Assembly: GCA_026770705.1 (NCBI GenBank)
Contig: JANJGN010000003.1
Location: forward strand, 151,652,001 to 151,716,000
From: Isurus oxyrinchus
Taxonomy: Eukaryota
DNA: 64,000 nt
Direction: 5' to 3'
In this document: positions 12,859-27,466 of the stretch, one piece after another
Layout of the letters: every line of letters begins with the position of its first letter
Position numbering within the stretch: the first letter of the stretch is position 1
Made by a program: the position numbers and the translations under genes
The notes under the pieces: generated by a model
Seen by the model: only the letters and a program-made list of their open reading frames with translations
Told to the model about the DNA's origin: nothing
The model's database searches: none

Positions 12859-15800
12859 CGGCCTTGGACTTAGCCATTTCTAAAAGGCCTATAGTGCTCT
12901 TTCAAATACCAGGGTGTTTTGCCCAGGTCATTACCTTTGTGGAGGGGGAAACTAAGCAAAATGCGTGGATGCTATGCAGTCCTGAGTGTTTTAATAACCC
13001 ACTCGGTGACCGTCTTTAAATGTTGGTAAATAAAATGCTCACGGCTCCAAGTAAAAAATCAATAGGTTTGTAACGTTTTGTTTGATAAGTCGCATAAGGC
13101 AATTGAAGTGGAGACGTATTGAACAATATTTAACGGCTTCCGTGATTAGACAATTTGCTTTTGGAATTTAAAATTAATTTAACTTGCAAAAAAGTTACAC
13201 AAAGGGCTGCCTTGTTTTACCAATACATCTGCACTTCATTTCAAATTCTTCTCACTGGTGCCTCCATCCGTGTGCTCAGAGTTTCCAAACTTAAACAGGC
13301 TGCTGTTCCTTTTTTTAAAAAAACATCGAATCCTAAAAGAATTGTATTTTAATGAGGAACATAGTTTTAATGTGCAATTTTCTGTTTTAAAACTGTGACA
13401 ACTTTTTAAAAAATCATCAATCTAGCAACCCTAATCAATTATTTTACCGCTTAGGATTACGTTTTAATGCCTTACAAACTATCCTAGTAACAAGTGTCAA
13501 ATTAATAAAACGAAATTATTCGTTTGGACTAGGCTTCCCATCTTTCTCACGAGAAAAAGAAGTCAGATCATTTGCAATGGATAGATTTTCCCTCTTCATT
13601 CTTATCTCCGGTACTACAAATGTCTTTCATCTAAATCCACGACCATTCTACTCGTCCGTCTATTTCTCCATCATCTTCTCTCTCTCTCCCTATCTATTCG
13701 TACATACACAGATGCTAAAGTCGGTATTTTAAAGCAATATTGTACATTTCAAGTGGAGTGCGATTTTTGGAAAATGCTGTATGGACTCAGAATAAAGATG
13801 GCTTCTTCATCTATTGAATGATACATTTAATGCCGTCTTAGATATTAAAGAATTTGACTTTTGTTAACTTTTAGTATATGATGTGTTTTAAGAGCTCGTA
13901 ACAAACAGCATTTTCGTCCATCTTTGCATATATTTTATTTATTGTTCTATTATCTGTGTACTAATTATTATGTTTTCGAAGACACATGTTCGCCACTTCT
14001 ACAAAGTGAAGGAACAATGCTAGTGCCCTACTGAATAGATATATAAGAGATTTGTATCTTGTTGCTCGCAATGTGTCTAATAGAGAATAAAGGGATATAA
14101 TATTTAAACTGTATAGGCTCATATGGTTTTATACTTTTTTGTAGAATCCTTAAGTGGATTCGACGTTTATCTTGATTGCAGCTAAACGGAAAAGGTGCAG
14201 CAAAATGATTACGTTTGGCATCAACTGTTACATCTGGGTTGCAAAAATCTGTGAAGAGTTTAATGCCACAAACAAGAGCTGTCCTTGTTATTGCATGCTA
14301 AAATCTCATAGACCATGCTGCATAGACTTCAGTCGTTCAGTTTATACATCAGGGGACGCGGCCAATGTTAAACTGTAACGCTGCATTTGCATTAGCAATG
14401 AAGTTATCACCATTGTCATGCTGACGGATTTTTATATTATTGTTGAAGTGTATTTTAGCAGTCAGGAAAAGGAGAGGGAAAGGCGCAATCAGAGTTATTA
14501 CCATGGATAAGTGGAGGACCTGAAGTAAATGTTGTTTCTGTATTTTAAACAAGGAACTTTCTTCTCAAATGCTAACCCCTCTATCGTTGAGTCTCAGAGT
14601 ATTCTTGTGACATTTCGACGGAACTGAGAGGAATACAAAATCGCCCCTACGTACTGTATTTCAAATTAGATGATTTAAAATAGATGTCAATTCAAACATA
14701 AGCTCTGCTGAGATGTTCCTTAATTCTAAATTAGTACCAATGCGTCTATATTGTTAAAACGATTCAGAATGTGGGGGGATGGCTGTGAATTTAAGTATAA
14801 ATGATGTCGATCTAGTCCTTGAGTCAGTGTACACTGTTGGGTGATGTACTTCGACAGGCGAGCTGCTGCTGTATTCTAATCTCTCTTTTTAAAAAAAAAT
14901 CGTCATTCGGCGCGAAAAAAGGCAAACCAAAATAAAACAATTCGATTTGTTTTTGTGGGAAAAGCCTCTTAATTTTTTTGTACAGTTGTTGAAAGTTTAC
15001 CTGCTGCATATACAACAGATAGAAAAATGACCGTGGTCGATTTTTCAAGATGAAATACAACGTGTCTCGATCATGAAAAGAATATTTTTTTCTTTCATTT
15101 CGTCAGTAATTGAGGTCGTTCAGTCGCTCGGGTTCACCTGGAGTCCATAGTATGATACACGAGTAACTCAAAGCTATTTTATCTTTTGTGCTGATAGTCA
15201 AGATCGCGCTATAACATTGACATCAAACTCTGTCTGAGCAGATGATTACAAGTCGTGCAAAACGTAAACTTTTGACCCTCAACTTTTTGACCTACAGTTG
15301 TACCGCCCTACCAACCACGGTACAGGGAGCCCTTTTTCAAAGCATTGCTGAGGACTGAAATAATATCCCCTTTCGTTCACTATTTTCATGATGTACTGCT
15401 AATTTCAGGTCTGGGAATGCTGAAGGCACTGTCCCCATCCCCCTCCTTGTCCACCTCCACCCCATTCCCGTCTCCCCCATAAGTGAAACCTTTCTTTAAT
15501 CTCAAAAATGGTATGAACCTCAACTGTCTGCAGGCTGTTTATTCAAGTGCTCTTTTATTTAGTTGGATATGCCAAAGTGGGTAAGTTTTTACTGCATCGG
15601 CCAGCCGATCTAATTATAGATAATATAAAAAAAAAACAAACGCATTAAGCTTTTGGGTCTATTTTAGTTTTTCAGTCTTTTTCTGTTGCACTGATAGAAC
15701 AATGGATGCGTGAGCTCCCAGTCCATGCTAATAGAAAATGACTGTGAACTTGGTCTAAAGCGAGCTCTGCTGGTGAGTCGCAGAGTGTGCAGATGCATTT

Positions 15801-18199
15801 TCTTATAATTCTCTCCCTGTCTCTTTCTCTTTCCTGAATGCATTCCTTCTTAGATTTAAACAACGAAAAGCCTTACTGGAACAATGAAATAACTCACGAT
15901 TCAAGCTCTATATTTTGGCAAAAATTGGAAGGGCGCATGCATATTTAGTTGAATTTTAGTGCGTAAGACAGGCTTTTAATAACGCACCTCTTAGAAAAAA
16001 ACGTGCAAAATTAATAAGCATATCTTGTAACTGCAAGTTTTAGATGAAACAATAAAAAAAACAAATGAAGACAGAGGAAATAATACTACAATTAGAATTA
16101 CTTTCGTGCATTGATTCTATATGCACATCCCTCAAAAGATTAGCTTGTCCATCACTTCCTCGAGAGAACTAAATATTGCCATTATTATTGTTATGTAATA
16201 ATGTGTCAATTGGAAAAGTTGTGTGCTGGTGATAATTACTTTTATTTTTTTAAGAAACGATTTGTCTCTGGCAATAAAATCAAAAATAATCAGTTTATTT
16301 AGTGGGTTCATGTTTTTTTCTCCCCATGCCAACTATAGTATGATGCAACGCAATCCTTCAACTGTGTATTGCAATATCTTGCATTCAAGTAAACACAGCA
16401 GTTATTAATGAATCCATCCCCGGAAGAGTCCTCAATTTCTACAAGGTCATGCTGCAACTAAAGCTTCAGTGCTGAGAAATTCACACCAGACTATCTAGTA
16501 ACAATTTGTTTCCTTACATTGTAATGTTAGCCTGCTCACGATCAGTTAATTTTGTAAATGGTGAGTACCAAATGACATTATGCAAAACAAGCGCAAGAAA
16601 TAAAATGTGAATATGATGCAATCCCTGAAACCCATATAAGTATATTCATTTCCATTATATTACTTTCTATCAAAAGCCTTCATAACAATGCTTAGAATGC
16701 AGAGGATTCCATACGAAACTCCATATTAGCTAATTAGATCGCTAAAAGTCAGATACAGTAAACATAACTGAAATAGAAAACCAGCCTATAAAAGCCATAT
16801 CCAGCTTGATTATTGGGCAATCTGAAAATATATTTAGATTACCACATGCATGACGATATTGCTATACATGCATTTCTATTTATTTACCCTTATAGTGAAT
16901 GTACTGTAACATGTTATGTTCATTTACAAATGAAGGAGCATTAGTGCTTCCTCTTTCAAGTTATTTTACTACGCTAATGAACGCCAAAACAATTATCGGT
17001 TACTTTGCTCATAAATAGGAAATCACAATGCTGCGGGACCCCCTAAATTCGCTGAAAGGGGGCCCAAGAAGATTCATCACGATCTCACATAATATGCAGC
17101 TGCACAGGTTTGCAAATGGAAACTGTGTTAAGCCAACAGTACACCCTGCTCTGGATTTCTTGAAGAAACTCATTTGCAAAGCTTAGGCAAAATTCTATTG
17201 TGCCCAAAAGACAAACTAGCATAGATTGCTATTGAAAAATGTGCTGTCCTTTCGGTGCCCTTAACATAGACGTAAGCACGTCACATTCCAGATTTTATGG
17301 CGACCACCTCTTGATTTTACTACTCGCAACTTTTATTTGTTTTGCACTTGTATATTTTTTGCGTTACGCTTCAGAGAATTGTTGGTAAGATTGCACAGTA
17401 GCTGTTCTTTATATTTTAAACACTGATTAATGAGATGGAGTGGTAAAGGGTAGGTACAGATATGATATCTGATAGCTCTGGATTAAATACCTCAACCAAA
17501 ACTTTGGCAATAGCTTCATTTCTAAAGGGCAAAGACCTAAGATTTATATTTAGACGGCCAATAAGATTTATATATTGTAAAAGAGACTGTTGACGGGAAA
17601 CTGAATCACTGCAATTTCAGATTAAACCCTCTGTTGTGACAGAAATTAAAGAAATTGTTGAAAATGTATGTTTCACCTATGGAATAATTGGGTTTTATGC
17701 TGCAAGTTTTTCTTTAGTATAGAGGCTACGTACGGAAGCATATGTAAAATGAACCCTTATAAAACACCATCGCCCCCACCACCCCACCCCCGCCCCCCTA
17801 CCACCACCTCAAACTGCATCAGTTGACATACACGTAAGATGGCAGCCCCAACCACAGAAAAAAGTTTTCTGAAAAGCAATTCCACGCGGTTGTCTTCAGA
17901 AATAATTGAACTCCTCGGACACACATGCACTGAGTTTACTTAGTAAATGTTTACTAAATATAGAAACAAGATCATCTCTACGTTTGGGGAATACATAGCT
18001 GCCTCCTCGGTGAAAGAAAGGTCGGCAATTCAATACTTCTAGAGAAGGAAATAACCATACTTTATCTTTATATCGGTTGCCACAGAATATCTACACTGTG
18101 TTACGTATACGATTGCGCAGTGAAGATAAATATTTACATGCTTAATACTTTGACTGTACATTTTGTCCCCCCTCTAGCACCAAAATCCACCTACTAACC

Positions 18200-18320
18200 C
18201 AGCACCGCCCTCCCCCCCCCAACAACAATCCACCCCCTCCACCCTGTACCCACCCCCTCCCCCAACCCCCCCAATCACACACACACACACACACACACAC
18301 CCCACAAACACACACACCCA
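18200..18320. repeat. C-rich low-complexity tract followed by (CA)n
   Basis: Seen directly. Confidence 0.85.
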
Positions 18321-20139
18321 CTTTGGAGTCTCGGTTTTTAGACAGAAAAGTTTTAGAGTCTTCGGCAATGAAATGAATACATCAAAAGCACAGACTTGCG
18401 TGCAAAGTGAAACGAAATAACATGTTATCAGTAGTGATTAGGAAAACAATTACAAGTAAATCAATTTCAAATTTAATAGCTGACATATAACGTTAGACTG
18501 GATGCCACTGTAGCACTGAGTGAAACTTAAACTTATCTTGGCTTGTTCTAAAAAGGATTTAAGTGATTTGGACAGATGACATATTAAACTGTCATATTTA
18601 AATGTAAACTAATACAAAGGAAATTACAACAGATTGACGCGATTGACATGGCCGATCCGGAACTACAATACTGATATTGGGGCTGATTTCCTCTATTTAA
18701 TGTTGGATCTTTATAGCACATCGTAAAACAGGCCTAATTGCAGTGGAATGTTTTGAGTAGAATTTCTGCAGGGTAATTGCTTTCAACCGTATTATCTATG
18801 CTAAACGTGTGGCCGCCTGCCATTTGCACTCCTTATGCTATAAGTTGGACTTGTCCATATAGAAAAAAATTGAATAACCAAATCTTCCAAATGCATCACG
18901 TTTTGCATTCTTGTTTTGAAACACCAGATCTCAAGCAGTAAATTATATATGTATGTCTCCATATACACACTAGACTAGCGGAAGCTTCAAAGAATGAAAA
19001 GCCGGTCATAAAGTTTATGGTTCGTCAGTCACAACTGTGGGAAAGCTGCAATTCACCAAAAACTATGTTGGTGTTACAACAGTCAGATTTAAAGTTGCAG
19101 TAACTCTTCCGCTGGCTGTATTTCAAAGGGTTTTTTGTAACCCTCAAAGTGTTTATTTCGCACATATACCTCATTCCAGGATATTTAGATTAGGATTTTT
19201 ATGTTCTTCCGCATTAACATATTTATTTATAACACGTGTACTTTCACTCCTCGAGAGCATGATTTTTGTCGCCATAAAAGCTAAATTTAAAATAAGGAGG
19301 GGATTGGTTGGATGAGTAAATTAGTGCATATAATATATTGCATGGTACCTTAATCAGCTCGTGCTGATAGAGGTTATACTGTAACACTGAGAGTAAGAGT
19401 GAGTTGCTAATGCATGCACAATACACACTAAAGTATCAGTGCCCTACAACTTCCCAAAATGCATGACGATTAAGACGACTGAAAATATATACTTCGCAAC
19501 AGTATCAACTGGAGGCAGGCACATAACACTCCCCTCAAGAAAACACAAATAAACAAAATGACACAACAGAGCCTACGGGTAAAGAAACCGTGAAAAAGAA
19601 TAAGAATGTTCTGCCCCACATATAAAGGTACTGAAGAACAATGCCAGCAACATTTCTTGAAAATTAATTGTATAGCCCCCCAAAAACTTTTAGCACATAA
19701 AATATTTCAAAATTGGAAACCACTAGTCTCTCCAAAAGTTATTTCTTTCCTAATCTTACCCATTCTTTTTTAACCTGCTTTCTAATGTTAAAGCTCCATT
19801 CGTATACAGAAATAACCCAGCCAGTACTTTGCCCAGACACATTTCTGCCTCAGTGCACTATGGGTGTTGCTTAAGGCCCATTTTACTGGGCCAAAACTCC
19901 TGGTGAAAAGTAATTAACGTTAATAGTTCAACAAAATTTACCTTGTCTTGCAAGAAAACACAACTTTCCTGTACACTGGAGCTGTGGAGCTGTGGATAGT
20001 CCTCTGAACGTGAAAATTAGCCATTTGAGTGGCCTGTCTGCACACGCAATCTGCAAAGGAACCAAATGAAGTCCAGCGTCAGTGAGATTATATGTTATGT
20101 AGAATATACTGTTGGTTGTCAACTCCCCAAAACCATAAA

Positions 20140-20300
20140 ACTTACTTTAATGACACCACGTGATTTTTTATAGCCAGTGAGGCTATCAGTCTGTGCTATG
20201 GATGATTTTACGATCTAATTCATAGACAAAACCCTATTCATTTGGCACCCAAATGTCATATAGCCGGAACTGAGGTGTATAAAAGTTTATTGATTATAAC
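20140..20300. promoter_or_regulatory. Cdx/Hox site cluster 3' of Hoxa5 (candidate mesodermal enhancer)
   Basis: CCATAAAA, CACGTG, TTTTTATAG, TGATTTTACGA and TATAAAAGTTTATTG within 160 bp, in the position of the Cdx-dependent Hoxa5 downstream enhancer. Confidence 0.55.
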
Positions 20301-21753
20301 TTTAAAGGACAAGCACTCACTAAGCAGAAAGGGTAAAAGTGCTGATCCCCCTTGCTGTCAGGAACTGAGAGGCGAATTTTCTGTCCTGTCTTCGCGCGGT
20401 AAGTAAAGTTAACTCTATAAAGTGAAAAATACCTGTTGGGAAACGTTTACGCTACGATAAGTTGAGAGAACGTGACTAACGCCTACCTGCGGAACAAAGT
20501 GGTTGAAGTGCTTCAGGGTTCACTTTTCCTCAGACCAAGACTACTGAGTTTCAGAGTAACTATGTCTATAAAGTAGGTTGGAGTAAATGCAAAAACAGCA
20601 ACAACAAAGAAATTGGGCATTAGCGGAAAATGTGTAGTTTAGCAAACGGTGTTGAAGTGTGTAACAGAGCGCATGGAATCATACTGTAAAAGGCGAACAC
20701 ATTTAATACGAATTGCTTAAATATGCCAAATTACAACATAGCAAAGCGATTAACTACTGTATTTGCTAATTCTTACTAAATTCTAACATTTGCAATAATC
20801 AAGGGTTGAGAAAATCTATTTGTTGAACGCACGGCTTTATAAATTTGCGCAACTTGATTGCTTGTCGTAAACCCAAACTACAAGATTCCCATCTGGAGGA
20901 GTGGTGCAAAATTGTACAGGTTAGGACAGACTTAATGCTTTTATTGAGTGTTTTGGATTCAAAACTCGAAGCAATTTAATTCACAGGACAGCAGACACAA
21001 CAGAAATACCTATCTGGGAGGCCAATGTCCAGGAAAGTTACTATAGAAACTTTATTTTAACTTCCAGTCAGTTTTAAAAACAAATACAAAAGCTCATCAC
21101 GAATTTCTTAAACTGCCAGTCTTTTAGGCTTTATATTTATCCTTTGTCACAAAAAAACATACACTGACGCTGCGCTAAGAGCCACTTATTGGAGTTCGTG
21201 CAAAGTCATACAAAGGCACAGCATAGACATACAGTTCAAAGTTGCAATATCCTTCACAAAATTCACTGCTCACTAATAACACAGAATAGGTAGCATCTCA
21301 GTGATTTAACACTACGATATCAATTACAGAGGACGATGGCCTGAAATTAAATACGTATTGCAAGCTTGGAGCTATTTTGACATTTAGCAACACTAACACT
21401 TACATACACTTTTTTTTGCAGAGTGCAACACATAATTACATTTTTTACTGGACGATTTTATACAGTTACTTCAAGTAACACCGCTTGTATTAATATAAAT
21501 AAGTTAAACAGCTATAATTCACAAGGCTATCCTACTCCTACAACATTGTTGTTACTCCTAGACAATATACTGTAAGCAGATTACTTGTACAGGCAACGGT
21601 ACGACCAGAAAACAGACTAACGATTCAAAGATTGGGATACGGCAACATGGAAATGATTTTCTTCATAGAAGTAACACGGGAAAAGAGTTTTGGAAGTCAG
21701 TACTGTATTGACATTATGCTAATTGGTCAGCTACTGCCCAGTACTTCTATTGA

Positions 21754-22113
<360 letters not shown>

Positions 22114-22471
22114 CTAGCCCAGGCATGTCCACGCTAACTACTGCGCTCTTTCTATACCTTAATTACAAAATGACTTTAGAAACTTAGCTAGAAGTAAATG
22201 TTAAAGTGTCCACTTGGACAAAGCTGTCCCATAATAAACCACACCTTTTTCTATCTATCAATCCCTCTTTACCCTTGCATTACTGATACGTAACCAGACA
22301 GCTTATTAATAAATATCCCACCATCCAAAGGGTTCCAAATATAATAGCAACTTTAAAAAAGATGATCCTTACAAAGATATTAAGAAACATTAACGTGTAT
22401 ATTTAGCGTTTTGATTTGCCAGAATAATTCAGGACTCCACTAATGCAAAGATAAGAGAGGAGGGATTTTAC

Positions 22472-23051
22472 CGTGACTTATGTGCAGTTTTCGCATCCAG
22501 GGGTAAATCTGAGGCTGTTGTTGTGCTGTGCTTTGCCCGTTCTGTGAACTTGGAGGGTCGCTGCTTGCCGGGGTGTCATCCTCAGTACCAGGCGACGTGC
22601 CAACCCCATCTCTACTGATATGACTGCTGCTGCTGGAATTTGAGGAGGTAGTTGGGCTTGCTATGGAGTTTTTGATTCCGTGGTGATTCTCGCTAGCAGG
22701 CGGACTGACCACGGCGGAACAGGGCAGAGGGTCAGGTGAAGGAGACTGAGTGGATGTGGCAGGTTGGTTGTACCTGGTGTCTGCTCCTGCTTCTGGTCCT
22801 GCTGCTGCTGTTGCTGCTGTTGCTGCTGCAGAGTAGCTTCGGGATCTTTCACTGGCATTAAAGTGGTTAGATGCTGGACGACTAATGCTGAGATCCATCC
22901 CATTGTAGCCGTAGCCGTACCTGCTGGAATGCATCGTTGCAGAATCCCTGTATTGCTCGCTCACCGAGCTATGATCTCCATAATTATGTAACTGGTAGTC
23001 CGGGCCATTTGGATAGCGACCGCAGAATGAGTTTACAAAGTAAGAGCTCAT
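22472..23051 (-). CDS. hoxa5: Homeobox protein Hox-A5, exon 1
   Basis: [33 protein letters not shown] is diagnostic of HOXA5; [12 protein letters not shown]; donor G|GTAAAA. Confidence 0.97.
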
Positions 23052-23290
23052 TTGATTTTTTTTATTTATTTATTTTTACTTGATTTGTGGCTCTTGGTCG
23101 CTTGTGCGTCTAGCACCCTGCACAATTTATGATGAATTATGGAAATGACTGGGACATGTACTTCGTTCCCTCCTACGTAGGCGCCCAAATATGGGGCACG
23201 ACTTAGAATCACGTGCTTTTGTTGTCCAGTCGTAAATTCTCGCTGATGACCTCTAGAGGTAAATCCGTGCACTGTGGCTACAAACTGGAA
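23052..23290 (-). promoter_or_regulatory. Hoxa5 conserved leader and promoter block
   Basis: CACGTG 23210-23215, TCGTAAA, TGACCTCTAGAGGTAA half-site pair. As I recall, it closely resembles the tetrapod Hox5 upstream block. Confidence 0.65.
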
Positions 23291-23369
23291 GGTTGCGTGG
23301 AAGGAAGAGCGTAGGGCACGCGCACGGGGGCGCGCCGCCGACTCCCAGCAGCAGCTTTGGGTTGTCCTT

Positions 23370-23388
23370 GCGCGCCACCCTCTGGAGA
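23370..23388 (-). promoter_or_regulatory. Candidate CTCF site between Hoxa5 and Hoxa6
   Basis: Minus strand CTCCAGAGGGTGGCGCG resembles the CCASYAGRKGGCRS core with 2 mismatches, in a local CpG-rich patch. Confidence 0.5.
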
Positions 23389-25077
23389 CTGAGGCTAGGA
23401 ATCCTGTGGTTCTGATGAACGGGGCAATCGGCCTCGGGTCGAATTAAGGCTACCACACATTTCAAACGTAACCGTTACATTTCGTAGAATAAATCACATA
23501 AAACAATGTGGAGGGCATCTTTCAAAAAAAAAGGTCCACGCCAGACAACGGTACATTTGTTCAATCCCCAACCGCAGATTTTTTATGTGCTACAGCTGAC
23601 ACTGTTATTAATTGGACTTGATGTTTTGTTATAACTGATTGGGTTTGACTTTTTAAAAGAAATCAAATTTAATTTTAATTATTATGTGCTTAGTGTTTTT
23701 CTACGCCTTGGCTGTCATCGCTGAATTGTTCAGGGAGAATCGGCACCCTACAACATCAAATTGCCCATTCTTTCATATGCTACTCTTTTTAAAAATTATG
23801 TTTTGTCCGGATAGCTCATGGTATTGAAGAATTATTCACGTGTTTGTGGAAATTTCGAAGCCACCGCAAATCTAAACTATTAAACCAATCTTGGCATTCT
23901 TAAAAATCATGTCACGTAAATTGAAAATGAGTTTAAATCGTTCCATTTACTTTCGTACACTGCCCATGTAAAACCAGAATCCCTTTTCATTAGTAACTAA
24001 ACATTACCTTGTGCCTAAATTTACATGGGAACAATTGCTTTACGCACAGCTTTGGTGTTGGTTCGATTAGGATGAAAGGATATACAGTATCTAACAAAGG
24101 AGAGCTCACTTCCCAAATAGTCACTCACCTAATCAAAACAAGAGCTTTGTGTCCGATGCTGTTTCTCGGTTTGCTGGGGTAAACACTATGGAAGATGTTT
24201 CATAATTTAACCGCGGGTTCAGCTATGTCTTTAGTTGTGCGTTTAGTGAAAATTGCCGTATTTAATGGACCCAGAAGCTAAATAGTCATTCCTACCACGT
24301 ATACTGTCTTTTTATCTCTCTGAAACATGGACATCTACCGATCAATTTCACAGTGCTAAGTTTCCTTTCACAGCTTATTTAATACAAAAAGTTTTCGGCA
24401 GCTTTAGTTGAAGGCTAAACTCTTAGAAATCGGATAGCTTATTTATATATATATTACTGTATATATTTAATATATATTTAAGAAAATCTTATTTGCGAAA
24501 TTTCAATTTAAGAGCGATAGCGTGGCTAGGCTGACTTTATTTATCCTACAACTGTCAAGTCAGAAGCAAATATAAATGTTTCTCTTGGTAGAGAAAACAT
24601 GGCACAAGCTGACTGAACACTGCGTCCTCTCAATTAGACAAAAACAAATCAAAAAGAAATATTACGGTAAAAAGTATTGACATATACAATACAATATTTA
24701 TCAATAGCAAATGGTCATATCTACTACGCTCATTATTTGAAGACTGTCAAATAATACCTAAAACTAGCCATTGAAACAATTAGAATACTATTTGTGGAGT
24801 AAATCATCACATAGTAACGACTCTAGAAGCAGAAACATTCACACTTCGCACTTATAAAACAATTAATCCTAAATACCGTATAATTATAGTATCCTGTGGA
24901 ATGCAGTTATTTGAACACTTCCTCTACCACTTATACATTGACACAAACTCAAAGAGAGGGGCAACGAAAGCAAACAGAAATACGAATATTTTTTTCTGCA
25001 CTGTTTAGCAGGATGAGCACATAATAACTCACTACCAAACAGAAAGGCCCAGACTAACTTCTTTCAAATTCGCGCTC

Positions 25078-25395
<318 letters not shown>

Positions 25396-25533
25396 TTAAG
25401 GGTATTGTTCAATTTTCCGACTCTAGTAAGTGTGCTGCATTTAACGTAACAATTAACATATGCATGCACTCTTTACGTAAAGTTGGAGCTAAGTGTCAAG
25501 TTTAATTTATTATTTTTTGCTATAAATACTCAC

Positions 25534-25963
25534 TAGAACTTGAATTCATTCGTTGCATCCAAGGATAAATTGGAGTACTGTACTTCCGGTCGTTTCCTTC
25601 TTCACTTAAAATTTTGTTTTGCGCACAATCTGTTTTGTAATGTTGGTCTGAGGAAAAGAATTCATCCTGGGCTCTATGCTTTCCACTACCGGATGGCGAA
25701 ACACTGGTTAGATCCTTTTCAGGATAGAAACACGAAGCTCCATACTCATACGATGCACGATTGCAAGCTATTACTGAGTTGGATTGTTGATAATAACAAG
25801 GTGACGAGTAACTCTTGTCCTGGAGCGTCGCTGCCCCATAGGAAGCTGGAAAGTGCCTTAGAGCATCATACCCCGTTGTATAGAGTGGGATCTGTCCGAG
25901 GAAGGAGTCCTGGCCACTGGGCAGTGAAACAGGGAAAGTGGGGTTCACAAAATACGAACTCAT
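25534..25963 (-). CDS. hoxa6: Homeobox protein Hox-A6, exon 1
   Basis: [24 protein letters not shown] (HOXA6-like) from the ATG at 25963; [10 protein letters not shown]; donor A|GTGAGT. Confidence 0.96.
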
Positions 25964-27377
25964 TTGCTCCACACTCTGTAGTAATATGATTTGTTATGTA
26001 TTAGTACACAATGTGGTTTAGCTATTAGTAGTCATCGAGGTGGTTTGTTTCAGGATGGCCGAGCGCCAAAGCGACAGCAGCAAATATAACCAGCTGATCA
26101 GTCTCTGGCCAATAGAAACCGACTTTGGTTCAAAAAACTCCCTGGAGATCCGGCGACTGAGCTAGCAAAGTTACAAACAACCAAATCAGTTCTGAACTAT
26201 AATAGAGGTGGTTTTAATGGAATATTAGTGACCCAATAAGAACACTATTAGGTTACGGGATATAGTTATGTGTACTATTTTATATAAGCTCGCATATAGA
26301 AATATGGCTCTGCATTACGCATCCAACAATAGCTGAATCAACAATGATTAGAAGATAGATGATAGAAAATAGAGAGTGCAAAGAAATAAATCAAGAAATC
26401 TCTAGTTCTGTAGCTGTGCGTTCTAGGTAAACTCACAGGGTAGTTTAGATAGGTAAGCAACCGTTGTAAGAATCGATTATTCCTATTTACTCCTTTTTCC
26501 ACTTGTATTTGTTATTTTAGAAGCACAACAATTCCTTTGCTAGCTTGTGAAGACTAGTTGAGAAACATCAGACATCAGCCCCTCCATAATATGCATCTCT
26601 GCCCATTTTCAACTCGGTAAAGAACAATAGCGTCTACAACTACTGAGACCCACAACATCAAGTATCCCTAAATGTTGTATTCAGTAAATTCATACTGGCA
26701 AAATAAATAGAAATAGCCTGATGGTAAGGGTGTATATTCAGGGAAATGATTTATAGATTTAATTTTGATATTCTTATACAGAAAATCCCAACACTGGAGC
26801 GCAACGCGGCATCTCAGCTTTAAAAGATCTCACAGTAATTGTGTGTAGGAGTAATTGTTATTGCACAAGCGCTCTTCATTAAAACATGCATGCATATACA
26901 TGTGCATTTAGCACACAAACGCCACAGTACTTCTAGAAAAAAAGTGTTTAACCAACGTCCACCGGGTTTGTTTAAACGGCCAAGCGACCTGCAAACACAC
27001 AGAGGCTCGATTTTATACTTGATAAGCCTGTATATGGCTCCCTTCCATCAAAATGTTGTTTTAATTGCATACGATTGAAATTCTCTAATACTCCCCAAAT
27101 CCCAACTTCGATTTTCCATAATTGCACACTGTTAAGGTTTTATCGACCATAAAATAGTGGAATGTTTCTTTTGGAATAATTAGGCATTTTTGAACACCTC
27201 AATGGAGACATTTGTGTATTGGAATAACAGAACATTTACTGCGCCCTGAGAGCGGCATCAGATCGCAGTAAAAGGACGGAAGCCCAGGGCTCCTTGCTAA
27301 AGATCTCATTATCTCGTTAGGTTTCCTTTCCTGTCAACAATGGTTACATCACATACTGAAATATCAAGGGCACTGCA

Positions 27378-27380
<3 letters not shown>

Positions 27381-27463
<83 letters not shown>
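27381..27463. repeat. Compound microsatellite (TA)n(TG)n(TA)n
   Basis: Seen directly. Confidence 0.95.

Positions 27464-27466
<3 letters not shown>

Noticed and set aside
15272-15295. TGACCC...TGACCT half-sites, and a similar pair at about 6068-6089
   Set aside because: Spacings of 9-10 nt are not canonical DR1/2/5 RAREs.
18755-18780. TACCCTGCAGAA (minus) resembling the miR-10 5' end
   Set aside because: Seed mismatch and no complementary arm.
22661-22991. Poly-Gln and poly-Cys ORFs overlapping Hoxa5 exon 1
   Set aside because: They are alternative-frame and antisense readings of the GCA-rich Ala tract (AAATAATAAA) in HOXA5.
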